Shown piece by piece: positions 36,276 through 44,777 of a DNA stretch of 55,514 nt. This stretch comes from Candidatus Micrarchaeia archaeon (GTDB taxonomy: Archaea > Micrarchaeota > Micrarchaeia > Anstonellales > Bilamarchaeaceae). The translations under genes were made by a program, and so were the position numbers. The stretch's first letter is position 1. The number at the start of each line of letters is the position of its first letter. The DNA lies in assembly GCA_050303335.1 (NCBI GenBank), contig JBNLBN010000003.1:1-55514 (forward strand), given 5' to 3'. The notes below the pieces were generated by a model. The model had not been told where the DNA came from and did not search any database. It was given only the letters and a program-made list of their open reading frames with translations.

Positions 36276-36847
36276 AGCTGCTGCTTTTCCTTATTTTGCT
36301 GCCTTTTGCTTTCGGAAAGATGATTGCACCTACCATTTACGAGCAGAATGATTTCGGCCCCCTGTCGTATAATGAATTCCTTTACTCCATGAGCGTAGAC
36401 TGTACCGCCGCGACTGTAAACGCGATAATAATGGACGAGGAATTCAAAAGGGTTGAAGGGGCGGCCACGTACCTTAAGTACATAGATTTCGCGCAGCCAC
36501 TGATATCCACCGTCAAATCGGACAAGGACGGACTCGTCCTCCACAAGCTCCCGGGGAATGTAAAACTAATGCGGGGGTTTTTCATTCTGGTGATTGAAAA
36601 AAACGGCTTCAGGAACAAAGAGGTCCATTTCGATATCGGGAAATGCTGGAGGAATGAGACGCCGGTAATAAATCCCCCTGAACCGGAGCCGGTGGAAAGG
36701 GAACCTGAAATAATCCCTATTGAGTCAAACAACAGTCCCATAGTAGAGGACGTTGTCGTTGAAAAGGAAGTGGAATCCGGCGACTGCCTGAGCATCCTGA
36801 TACCCCTAATCATATTTAAAATGAAGGCAATTGATTCTATTTTATGA
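36272..36847 (+). CDS. Exported protein, paralog A (signal peptide, beta domain, Pro/Glu linker, C-terminal Cys-TM tail)
   Basis: MKLLLFLILLPFAFG signal. Shares SMSVDC / QPL / KDG..V.K.PG / GFFILVIEKNGF..KE..F...KC with 37605..38207. Ends SGDCLSILIPLIIFKMK... ATGA overlap with the rfcS stop. Confidence 0.65.
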   Translation: MKLLLFLILLPFAFGKMIAPTIYEQNDFGPLSYNEFLYSMSVDCTAATVNAIIMDEEFKRVEGAATYLKYIDFAQPLISTVKSDKDGLVLHKLPGNVKLMRGFFILVIEKNGFRNKEVHFDIGKCWRNETPVINPPEPEPVEREPEIIPIESNNSPIVEDVVVEKEVESGDCLSILIPLIIFKMKAIDSIL

Positions 36848-37608
36848 GGTTTATCGTTCTGGCCTTGCTGGCCCTTCTGATCGGATGCGTAGGAGAGGAA
36901 GTGGACGAGGGCTGTCCTGAGATCTACAGCCCGGTCTGCGGAGTTGACGGAAAGACGTATGCCAATGACTGCTTTGCAAAGGATGTAGGAATAGGCTACC
37001 AGGGCGAATGCAGGAGCTGCAGCGAGACTGATTCCGGAAAGGATCCTTTCACAAAGGGTTCAACAAATGGGAATATGGACAGGTGCCTTGATTCATCAAA
37101 TCTTCTTGAGTTCTATTGCAATAACAGGGATGTCCTTAACACTACGATAAAATGCGACGACTGCGAAAACGGCGTCTGCATTAACAAGACCGAGGTCCAG
37201 GGCAACTGTTTCGACAGCGACGGTAATGACATATACGAAGTCGGATATGTTACTGAATATGACAACCTCTTCGAGGACCGCTGTGAAGGGGAAAGGGTCC
37301 GGGAGTACTACTGCGACGAGGGATTTGCGACATACAGGATAACTGACTGCCCTGATGAATTCACGTGCAGGGAATCCAGATGCGTCAGGAACAAGATAAA
37401 ATGCACTGACACGGACGGAGGAAACGACATCTATAATGCAGGGCGGGTTACGATCGATGCCCTTATCGATGCAGAATACCTTGACAAGTGCGTGGACAGG
37501 TACAAACTCCGGGAATACTACTGCGAGGCTGATGATCTTGTTGTCAGAGATGTCATATGCCCCGAGGGCTACAGGTGCCTCAATGCCAAATGCGTGGTGG
37601 ATGTATGA
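36844..37608 (+). CDS. Lipoprotein with an N-terminal Kazal-type domain and three Cys-rich repeat modules
   Basis: Lipobox-like LLIGC. CPEIYSPVCGVDGKTYANDCFAKDVGIGYQGEC matches the Kazal consensus (C..Y.PVCG.DG.TY.N.C). Three ~55-65-aa modules follow, of the form C.[DE][ST]D.G.D...D.C....L.E[FY]YC...C...C...C. ATGA overlaps at both ends. Confidence 0.7.
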   Translation: MRFIVLALLALLIGCVGEEVDEGCPEIYSPVCGVDGKTYANDCFAKDVGIGYQGECRSCSETDSGKDPFTKGSTNGNMDRCLDSSNLLEFYCNNRDVLNTTIKCDDCENGVCINKTEVQGNCFDSDGNDIYEVGYVTEYDNLFEDRCEGERVREYYCDEGFATYRITDCPDEFTCRESRCVRNKIKCTDTDGGNDIYNAGRVTIDALIDAEYLDKCVDRYKLREYYCEADDLVVRDVICPEGYRCLNAKCVVDV

Positions 37609-38207
37609 AAATTTTCATTTTATTGATGTTTGTCTCGTTGGGATTCGCAATAACTCCAGACATATATGGGGTGCAGGATACGGGAAGCGAGAGCCTCCCG
37701 GTAATCGATTTCAACCTTTCCTTAGACTGCGGAAACAAGGATCTTCAGGTTGTCACTCTGCTTGATGGGGCGGACCTCACGATGTTCTATACGGATTATG
37801 GATACCAGCCGCTCCCGAACAGGATGAAGACAGGAATCGATGGATCGGCCGTCATGAAAGTGCCCGGAACGCTTGATTTCCTTACAGGACTGTTCATACT
37901 CAGGATAGACAAGCAGGGTTACCAGTCAAGGGAGATAGAATTCACGTACGAAAAGTGCTTTGAAGAGCCGACTTTCGAGGATCCGGTATTCGAGGGCACG
38001 ATGGATGTCGGCCAGCAGGTGGGTGGACCGGAGGAAGTGACTGTCAACGAAACAGAGGTCATCCCTCAAGAGCCTGAAGTCCAGGCTGAGGAACCAGCTC
38101 CAGTAGCGATTGAAGAACCGAAAGAGGAGCAGACGGAAGAAACTCCGGGAGCATGTCCTCTGGGAATATTACTGCTTTCAATGATTTTCCTAAGGTCGAA
38201 GATATGA
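37605..38207 (+). CDS. Exported protein, paralog B of 36272..36847
   Basis: MKIFILLMFVSLGFA signal, the same conserved core, a long Pro/Glu linker, and an end of PGACPLGILLLSMIFLRSKI. ATGA overlaps at both ends. Confidence 0.65.
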   Translation: MKIFILLMFVSLGFAITPDIYGVQDTGSESLPVIDFNLSLDCGNKDLQVVTLLDGADLTMFYTDYGYQPLPNRMKTGIDGSAVMKVPGTLDFLTGLFILRIDKQGYQSREIEFTYEKCFEEPTFEDPVFEGTMDVGQQVGGPEEVTVNETEVIPQEPEVQAEEPAPVAIEEPKEEQTEETPGACPLGILLLSMIFLRSKI

Positions 38208-39565
38208 GAATCGAAGAGGACTTCATCGGGCCCGTAGAGGTTCCGGACAAGGCATATTACGGATCCTTCACTGCCAGGGCAATGAAGAATTTCCAGCTTT
38301 CGGGAATCCTGGTCGAGATGGAACTGATCAGGGCAGTTGCGCTTATCAAGCTGTGCGCCGCCCGCTCGAACAGCGATCTCGGCGTCCTGGAAAAGGACAA
38401 GGCCGAAGCAATAGAGAAAGCCGCTCAGGAAGTGCTCGAAGGAAAGCTTGACTCTCAATTCGTCCTTGATGCCTATCAGGCAGGAGCAGGAACGCCTCTT
38501 CATATGAACGTCAACGAGGTGATTGCGAACAGGGCGAACGAGATCCTCGGCGGTGGACTTGGAACCTATGAGAATGTCCATCCGAACAACCATGTGAATA
38601 TGGCACAATCATCCAACAACGTCGTTCCCAGTGCAGTGAGGATCGCATGCATAAGATTGAGGAAAGGCCTTGTTGCAGAGGGGAAAAAACTCGAGGGGTC
38701 CCTGCGGAAAAAGGCGCAGGAATCCAAAATTACGAAGATCGGAAGGACCCATCTGCAGGATGCTGTCCCGATGACATATGAGCAGACTTTCACTGCATAT
38801 GCGAATGCGCTGGAAAAGGACATAGTTGCACTACAAACTGATATCGGGAAGCTTGGAATCGGAGGAACGGCAACGGGAAGCGGGATAACCGCACATCCAG
38901 ATTTCAGGAAAAAGATAACCGGGGAACTGAAAAAGCATGTTGAAATCGATATGGCAGAAGATGCGATTGAGCGGACGCAGAACATGAATGACCTTCTTCT
39001 CTTTTCTGCCGCCCTTAGAGGCTATGCAGTTACTCTTTCGAGAATAGCAAATGACCTGAGGCTGCTTGCATCCGGACCAAAGGCGGGCATTTCTGAGATA
39101 ATACTCCCTGAGGTCGAACCCGGGTCCTCCATAATGCCTGGAAAGATAAACCCCTCAGTCCCGGAAGCGGTTAACATGGCCGCTTTCCAGGTGATATCGA
39201 ACGACAATGCGATCATGCTCGGAGCGCAGTCAGGGCAGCTTGAATTGAATTTCTGTGCGCCTCTTATCGGGCACAACCTTATCCAGGATATCAGGCTGCT
39301 AACTAACTGCAGCATGATGTTCTGCGAATGCATCGACGGACTTTCCGTTGACGGGAAAAGGTCGGCGGAGAATTTCAACAGGACGTTCGGATATGCTACC
39401 GCACTAAATCCCTACCTTGGATACAAAGAGGTATCAAAGCTGGTAACTGAAGCTTATTCCAGGGGGATCAGCCTCAAGGACCTCATAATTGAAAAGAAGA
39501 TCATGGATGAAGAGGAACTTGAAAAAATAATATCCACTTCTTTCGGTCCTTCAGTAAAGGTATAG
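38204..39565 (+). CDS. aspA: Aspartate ammonia-lyase (class II fumarase/aspartase family)
   Basis: N-terminus RIEEDFIGPVEVPDKAYYGSFTARAMKNFQLSG and signature GSSIMPGKINPSVPEAVN...GQLELN...ALNPYLGY resemble AspA more than FumC (GSSIMPGKVNPTQCE). The start is the ATG overlapping the upstream stop. Confidence 0.85.
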   Translation: MRIEEDFIGPVEVPDKAYYGSFTARAMKNFQLSGILVEMELIRAVALIKLCAARSNSDLGVLEKDKAEAIEKAAQEVLEGKLDSQFVLDAYQAGAGTPLHMNVNEVIANRANEILGGGLGTYENVHPNNHVNMAQSSNNVVPSAVRIACIRLRKGLVAEGKKLEGSLRKKAQESKITKIGRTHLQDAVPMTYEQTFTAYANALEKDIVALQTDIGKLGIGGTATGSGITAHPDFRKKITGELKKHVEIDMAEDAIERTQNMNDLLLFSAALRGYAVTLSRIANDLRLLASGPKAGISEIILPEVEPGSSIMPGKINPSVPEAVNMAAFQVISNDNAIMLGAQSGQLELNFCAPLIGHNLIQDIRLLTNCSMMFCECIDGLSVDGKRSAENFNRTFGYATALNPYLGYKEVSKLVTEAYSRGISLKDLIIEKKIMDEEELEKIISTSFGPSVKV

Positions 39566-40135
39566 CAGGATTGCAAGTATTGTCACTGCCACTATTGCAA
39601 CCAGTATAAGGATTATGGCCTGGATACGGTCAACCGAATATGCGGCCCTCACTGCCCGGTAATGGAGATAATAGCTGTATAGTGCCACTGCAAGAGATAT
39701 CCCGCCGGTGATACACACGAGATCCTCCATGAAAGTGAAGGATGTAAGGATAATATTGGGGACGAGGAAGATCATGTAGATCATTGCCGTCAGATAGGAT
39801 AGGCCCAGAAGATCGCCCTTTGCCTTGAAGATCTTCCTTGCAAGCAGATCAATCAGGTAGACATAGACTCCGAATTGTATAAAGAAGAAAACTGTATCGA
39901 TGGCCGAGTGGAGAATCGTCCTTTCTGTTCCGGGGATTCCGGCAACAGCCAGGTAATCATTGTAGAGGGAATTGAAGATGAAAGTCTGGAACAGGAGCGT
40001 AATGAATGCGTAGGAAAGAAGCAGGATCGCCACGGTCTCGAGATCGGATTTCTTTATCTCCTTTGGATAGTATTCTGAAACAGTCTTGTAGTTGAGGGAT
40101 TCTGTCAGGAATCTTGCGAAATCAGGAATGTGCAT
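39551..40135 (-). CDS. Hypothetical integral membrane protein (about 5 TM)
   Basis: Successive hydrophobic helices. No motif recognised. 15-nt convergent overlap with aspA. Confidence 0.55.
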   Translation of the reverse strand: MHIPDFARFLTESLNYKTVSEYYPKEIKKSDLETVAILLLSYAFITLLFQTFIFNSLYNDYLAVAGIPGTERTILHSAIDTVFFFIQFGVYVYLIDLLARKIFKAKGDLLGLSYLTAMIYMIFLVPNIILTSFTFMEDLVCITGGISLAVALYSYYLHYRAVRAAYSVDRIQAIILILVAIVAVTILAILLYLY

Positions 40136-40158
40136 GTGATCAATTTGAAAGAAAACAA

Positions 40159-41277
40159 TTAAATTGTATCCTTGACCTTCGAGAATATTTTTCCTGATAT
40201 GCCGGAATCGAATGTGCTTGGAACGATTCGTTCGGAGGTCGGGTTTTCAACTGATTCTGCGATCCCTTCTGCTGCCGCGATCTTCATCGCATCCGTTATC
40301 CTGCGCACCCGGAGATCAAGAAGGGCCCTCAGGAATCCTGGAAAGCATAATGAGTTGTTGATCTGGTTCGGGTAATCGCTTCTGCCTGTTCCGAAAACGT
40401 CTATTCCAAGCTCCCTTGCCTGGTCGAGGGTTATTTCAGGATCAGGATTGGAAAGCGCGAATACTATGTTTGGCTTGTTCATTTTTCTTACCGTCTCAAG
40501 CGGGAGCGAACCAGGCTTTGCAGCACTGATTATCACGTCCGCCCCGGAGAATTCGCCGATGGTGCCGTCAAAGCCGTCGTTCAAACCGCAGAGGAAACCC
40601 TTGTATCCGTCCAGGTTCCTCCCCTTGTGGAGTGCCCCTTTAGAATCGAAAACCGTAATGTTTCCGAATCCTGCTGCATGGAGCAGCTTGGCGATCGCGT
40701 ATCCCGCGCTTCCGGCACCGACGATTCCGATTTTTACGGACTTGTCCTTGCCGGTAACCTTGAGTGCGTTGATGAGACCTGCGAGAGTGACCATGGCAGT
40801 GCCGTGCTGGTCATCGTGAAATACAGGAATGTCCAGTTCTTCCGTTAGCCTTTTTTCTATATTGAATACTTTCGGTGTTTCGATGTCTTCAAGGTTTATT
40901 GCGCCAAAAACAGGGGAGATCGCCTTGACGACAGATACTATCTCATCCTCGTTCTTGGTGTTGAGGCATATCGGGAAGGCATCGATTCCTGCAAACTGCT
41001 GCATGATCATGGCCTTGCCCTCCATTACTGGAAGGGCGGCTTCAGGGCCAATGTCCCCAAGCCCGAGCACCCTGGTTCCGTCCGTTACTATCGCAACGGT
41101 GTTGCCCTTGAAAGTCATGGAGTATGCCTTTTCCCTGTCCTTCGAAATTGCGAGGCAGGGTTTTGCAACTCCCGGAGTGTAATAAATTGAAAGGTCTTCC
41201 ATTGTCCGGATGTCCTTTTTCGCCCTTACAGCTATCTTGCCTTTCATCTCCTCGTGTATTTTTATTGGATCCATCAT
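40159..41277 (-). CDS. NAD(P)-dependent malic enzyme (short prokaryotic form)
   Basis: LSIYYTPGVAKPC, VAIVTDGTRVLGLGDIG, INLEDI, FHDDQHGTA, and Rossmann segment IGIVGAGSAGYAIAKLL. Confidence 0.9.
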   Translation of the reverse strand: MMDPIKIHEEMKGKIAVRAKKDIRTMEDLSIYYTPGVAKPCLAISKDREKAYSMTFKGNTVAIVTDGTRVLGLGDIGPEAALPVMEGKAMIMQQFAGIDAFPICLNTKNEDEIVSVVKAISPVFGAINLEDIETPKVFNIEKRLTEELDIPVFHDDQHGTAMVTLAGLINALKVTGKDKSVKIGIVGAGSAGYAIAKLLHAAGFGNITVFDSKGALHKGRNLDGYKGFLCGLNDGFDGTIGEFSGADVIISAAKPGSLPLETVRKMNKPNIVFALSNPDPEITLDQARELGIDVFGTGRSDYPNQINNSLCFPGFLRALLDLRVRRITDAMKIAAAEGIAESVENPTSERIVPSTFDSGISGKIFSKVKDTI

Positions 41278-42152
41278 TCCAGCCTCCTGATCATCACTAC
41301 GGACATGTCATCCCCTTCCGGATAGACCACTTTCCCTGGAAAGACATTGTCACCGAGATATTTTTCGCATACTGCTTCCATTCCCCGTACTACTGAGAAG
41401 GCATCGTCGGACACCCTGAGGAATGAAGCCAAATCAGGGGCCTCTGTAATCCTGCCTTCAGGATCTATTTTTATGTCCAGGGACTTCATGACCCCGTCAG
41501 TTACGAGAAAGAGCTTTTCCCCGGGATTTAGCTTCCCGCAGCGGAATGTCGGCGTATAAGTATGATAGGGCCTGATAGAGGTATCGATCAGGTTCCTGGT
41601 CTCCACATAATCTGAGTGGTGGGCGCCTATTATCGGGATAAAATCCTTATTTTCCTGGCTGAAATAATGGGTCTGGGGGAAGAAATCCGTAACATGCTCC
41701 CCGACCTGGAGTACTGTGGAATCCGCCACAGTCGCTGCGTAGAAGGACCAGTCAGGAAGTATGTGTACAAGTGTTGCCGTCGTTCCCCCGATTATCGTGG
41801 ATGGATGGGCAATAGCGTATTCGTCCAGCATCTGCTTGGCCATAAAAAGCACTGACGGAAGATTCTTGGAGATCTCGATTGCATCCAGGATGAAACCCGC
41901 AACAAGCGATGACACAGTACCGCCCGAACTCTCATGGCCGTCGAATACCCCGAGCACCGTGGACTTGCCGTCCCGGTAAATCAACGCGCTGTCCTGGCAG
42001 CTCTGCCTGACGATACCTTTAGTGACCTGTCCCTGGATTGCTAGCGTCTTCTCCTCATGCCTGAACTTTGCCGACGAAAATACATGGCACAGTTTTTCCG
42101 AAATGACTCCAGGCCGCTTCTGTTCTACCGGGGAGGGGATTAGGTTATCCAT
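41274..42152 (-). CDS. PP2C-family Ser/Thr protein phosphatase
   Basis: LGVFDGHESSGG (the PP2C GVFDGH motif), GTTATLV, LVTDGVMKSL and a C-terminal DDMSVVMI. ATGA overlap with the malic enzyme start, and 4 nt downstream of PEPC. Confidence 0.75.
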   Translation of the reverse strand: MDNLIPSPVEQKRPGVISEKLCHVFSSAKFRHEEKTLAIQGQVTKGIVRQSCQDSALIYRDGKSTVLGVFDGHESSGGTVSSLVAGFILDAIEISKNLPSVLFMAKQMLDEYAIAHPSTIIGGTTATLVHILPDWSFYAATVADSTVLQVGEHVTDFFPQTHYFSQENKDFIPIIGAHHSDYVETRNLIDTSIRPYHTYTPTFRCGKLNPGEKLFLVTDGVMKSLDIKIDPEGRITEAPDLASFLRVSDDAFSVVRGMEAVCEKYLGDNVFPGKVVYPEGDDMSVVMIRRLE

Positions 42153-42156
42153 CAGT

Positions 42157-43623
42157 TCACCCTAGGAAGTTCCTTTTCCAGGCAGCCTGCTTGATCCCTT
42201 CGATCAGCTGCGTATGGTTTCCCTTCATGAAAAATTCAAGGTTCGATTCTACTACCTCGCCGTATTCTTCGTCTGGTTCATAATCCACCCATTCGATTAC
42301 TTTTGTTATCCCTTCCCTGACATGCTTTGGCATCTTTTCGATGTTATTCCTTGAAAGGTACCTGACAGATGCCTTCAGGTCCTCATCGATCTTGACATAA
42401 TGCTCGTGTAAGGCGTCGAATTCCTTTTCATTGAGCGCAGAGAGCCCGAGAAGCTCCGGAGTGATGCCTATCGAATAGAAGGAGGCGCAGAACTTGATTG
42501 CCCGCGGAAGCCTGACGCCGCTAAGGGATCTGGAATATCCGAACAGTCCGACGTGGAGCTTCCTGGCCCTCCTGTTTGGAACGAATGCGGAAATCCCGTT
42601 TATCAGGTCCGCGATCTCGATAATCTGCCTCTCGTACTCCTTTTTCATCTTGGTTACCAGTACCATTGCTCCCTTGTCGTCTATTTCCCTCGGTTTCCTG
42701 CGCCCGAGGTTGTTCAGGGTCTCTATTGCATTAGCAACTGTACGGAAGGAATGGTCATACTTGAATGAGGACTGTATGGAATATGTCTGGACCGATGGGT
42801 ATTCGTCAGTGCAGTTTGCAATGTTGTAGGGAGCAAAATTCCCCCTCATGGGCGAACTGCCAACCCCAAGTATCGGTAGAATGCTAATCCCGGTCTTTTC
42901 CTCGGTGGCATGGAGACGGGAGAGCGCAATCTTGGAAAGCAGGACCGCACTCACAGAGCCGTAGTTCAGTGCCGGGTCGCTCCTTGCGAGGAAGACCCTC
43001 TGGTATTCCAGGTTCTTGTCATCAATGTATTTTTCCACGATGGAACCGCAGTTCAGGAGCGAATCCATATCCTCAAAAAGCGGTATCACGTTGATTGATT
43101 CGGGCTGGAAATCCCCCACCCATTCCTTGATCGTGATCTTCTCCTTTCCGAGTACGCTTTCCTTCTGCCCGATAATTATCTTGTCATAGTAGCTCTTGAC
43201 ACGCTCAAGCTCGTTCTCATGGGTGGTCATGGGAATGATCACCTCGAATATCGGGGCCGTGTCAAAACCTGCTGCATGGGCAACGTCGTAGGCCCTCGGT
43301 ATGCTTGCAAGGGCTTCAAGGAGTATCTTGCCCTGGTCCTTCTCGACAGAAGGATTGGGGACACGGTAGGTGAGGTTGAAATCCTTCCCAAGCGGCTGCT
43401 TCGTGAAGAAGCGCGGGTATTTTGAGAGTAGCTTTTCCACCACCTGGTTGTCCACCGCCTTTCCTTCGCTGTCCCACATCTGCTCTGTGATTCCGAGCTG
43501 AGAGAACACGAAAAATGCCTCCTTCACCTCTGATTCGCCCTGCAGCATGCCCGAATCCGAAAAGAACGGGGTCGACACATTGTCGGGATGCTGGGTACTC
43601 ATACATCTGGGGATATTCCTCAT
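42157..43623 (-). CDS. ppcA: Archaeal-type phosphoenolpyruvate carboxylase
   Basis: N-terminal IPRCMSTQHPDNV and a size of ~490 aa are characteristic of atPEPC. Confidence 0.9.
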   Translation of the reverse strand: MRNIPRCMSTQHPDNVSTPFFSDSGMLQGESEVKEAFFVFSQLGITEQMWDSEGKAVDNQVVEKLLSKYPRFFTKQPLGKDFNLTYRVPNPSVEKDQGKILLEALASIPRAYDVAHAAGFDTAPIFEVIIPMTTHENELERVKSYYDKIIIGQKESVLGKEKITIKEWVGDFQPESINVIPLFEDMDSLLNCGSIVEKYIDDKNLEYQRVFLARSDPALNYGSVSAVLLSKIALSRLHATEEKTGISILPILGVGSSPMRGNFAPYNIANCTDEYPSVQTYSIQSSFKYDHSFRTVANAIETLNNLGRRKPREIDDKGAMVLVTKMKKEYERQIIEIADLINGISAFVPNRRARKLHVGLFGYSRSLSGVRLPRAIKFCASFYSIGITPELLGLSALNEKEFDALHEHYVKIDEDLKASVRYLSRNNIEKMPKHVREGITKVIEWVDYEPDEEYGEVVESNLEFFMKGNHTQLIEGIKQAAWKRNFLG

Positions 43624-43712
43624 AAATAGACCTCTGGAAGTAATAAGGAGGATAACAAATTAAAATCGGGAGTATGAGACTTCTTTAAATAATTTATTAT
43701 AAAGAAAAAATC

Positions 43713-44450
43713 ATGGAAAGTTTGAAAAAAGCATTCGGCAGTGTTTCCAAGCAGCCATTCCACTTCGTCTGGGGCTCGCTTCTCTATCTAGTTATGCTCA
43801 TCCTGCTGCTATTTGCAGGGCTGGGGATATTCCTTTTGTACTTCATGTTCCTCTCTATACTGGAGGTGGAACTTGATTTCACCTCGATTCCGACTATCGG
43901 GGTTGTCTCTTTGATAAGCGTATTCCTGATAATACTTTTCAACGGGATCAACGCCGCTCTTGCAATGACATATAATGAGGCATTATCCGGCAGGAGGATG
44001 AATCTCACCCGCTTCTATTCATACTCCCTTGACAAGGCTGCACATGCGCTCGAGATCGTGATAATCAGGGACGTCATATGGCTGCTCCTGGTGGGGCCGT
44101 TTATAGCATTGTACTTCTATGCCCTCTATGAATACCAATACCTGGATGTCCTCATAGCAGTCTATGGGGTTTTCGTGACGTTCGTGCTGCACATGCTCTT
44201 TACGCCGGCACAGCTGCTTTGCGGCGCATTCGACGCAGGGGTATTTGGATCACTGAGAAAATCATTCGAATTCCTGAAAAAGAAGCATGTATACTTCATC
44301 GGGCTTTACATACTGTTTGCTATCGTATGGCTGTTCAATTTTCTGCCGTTCATACAGATTGCGACGGTCTTCTTCCTTTATCCGATAGCATACAGCGCAA
44401 TGATAATCATGATCAAGGACACAGTAAAGATTGGAGATGAGGACAAATGA
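43713..44450 (+). CDS. Hypothetical integral membrane protein (about 6 TM)
   Basis: Hydrophobic helices throughout. No recognised motif. Confidence 0.55.
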   Translation: MESLKKAFGSVSKQPFHFVWGSLLYLVMLILLLFAGLGIFLLYFMFLSILEVELDFTSIPTIGVVSLISVFLIILFNGINAALAMTYNEALSGRRMNLTRFYSYSLDKAAHALEIVIIRDVIWLLLVGPFIALYFYALYEYQYLDVLIAVYGVFVTFVLHMLFTPAQLLCGAFDAGVFGSLRKSFEFLKKKHVYFIGLYILFAIVWLFNFLPFIQIATVFFLYPIAYSAMIIMIKDTVKIGDEDK

Positions 44451-44749
44451 TCAGGGTATATGAATGCATAAAGAAAGGGGAGATGCTGAAGATCCTGGAG
44501 GCGGATCCTTATGCAGAGGACAGCTTTGCAAGGGTCGGCTACACGCTCAAGGACGGAGCGGTGCTCGACGAGGAGAAGGGCAAGACATACCTCTACATTT
44601 CAGCATCTGAGGACTTCATAAAGAAGGCCGATGAGAGGCTCAAGGATGTGGCTGGTCCGGTCCCCAAGGATATGGAAGAAAGGATCGGGAAGAAGATAAA
44701 GGACGAGGAAAGCGAGGCTGAATCAGGTTTCGGGTCGCTTTTCGGATAG
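44447..44749 (+). CDS. Small acidic protein with a ribosomal P-stalk-like C-terminal tail
   Basis: 100 aa. Ends KKIKDEESEAESGFGSLFG, which resembles the archaeal aP1 / eukaryotic P1-P2 tail (acidic run + G[FL]G.LF[GD]). The N-terminal domain does not look like aP1. ATGA overlap with the upstream membrane protein. Confidence 0.6.
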   Translation: MIRVYECIKKGEMLKILEADPYAEDSFARVGYTLKDGAVLDEEKGKTYLYISASEDFIKKADERLKDVAGPVPKDMEERIGKKIKDEESEAESGFGSLFG

Positions 44750-44777
44750 ATATTTATTTTTTGCATACTTTCTCTAA

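Noticed and set aside
38204-39565. Calling this gene fumarate hydratase (fumC)
   Set aside because: The N-terminal RIEEDFIG..EVP.KAYYG..T.RA..NF and the NPSVPEAVN / ALNPYLGY segments are closer to the AspA versions I remember than to FumC (NPTQCE / ALNTHIGY). Biochemical confirmation is still needed.
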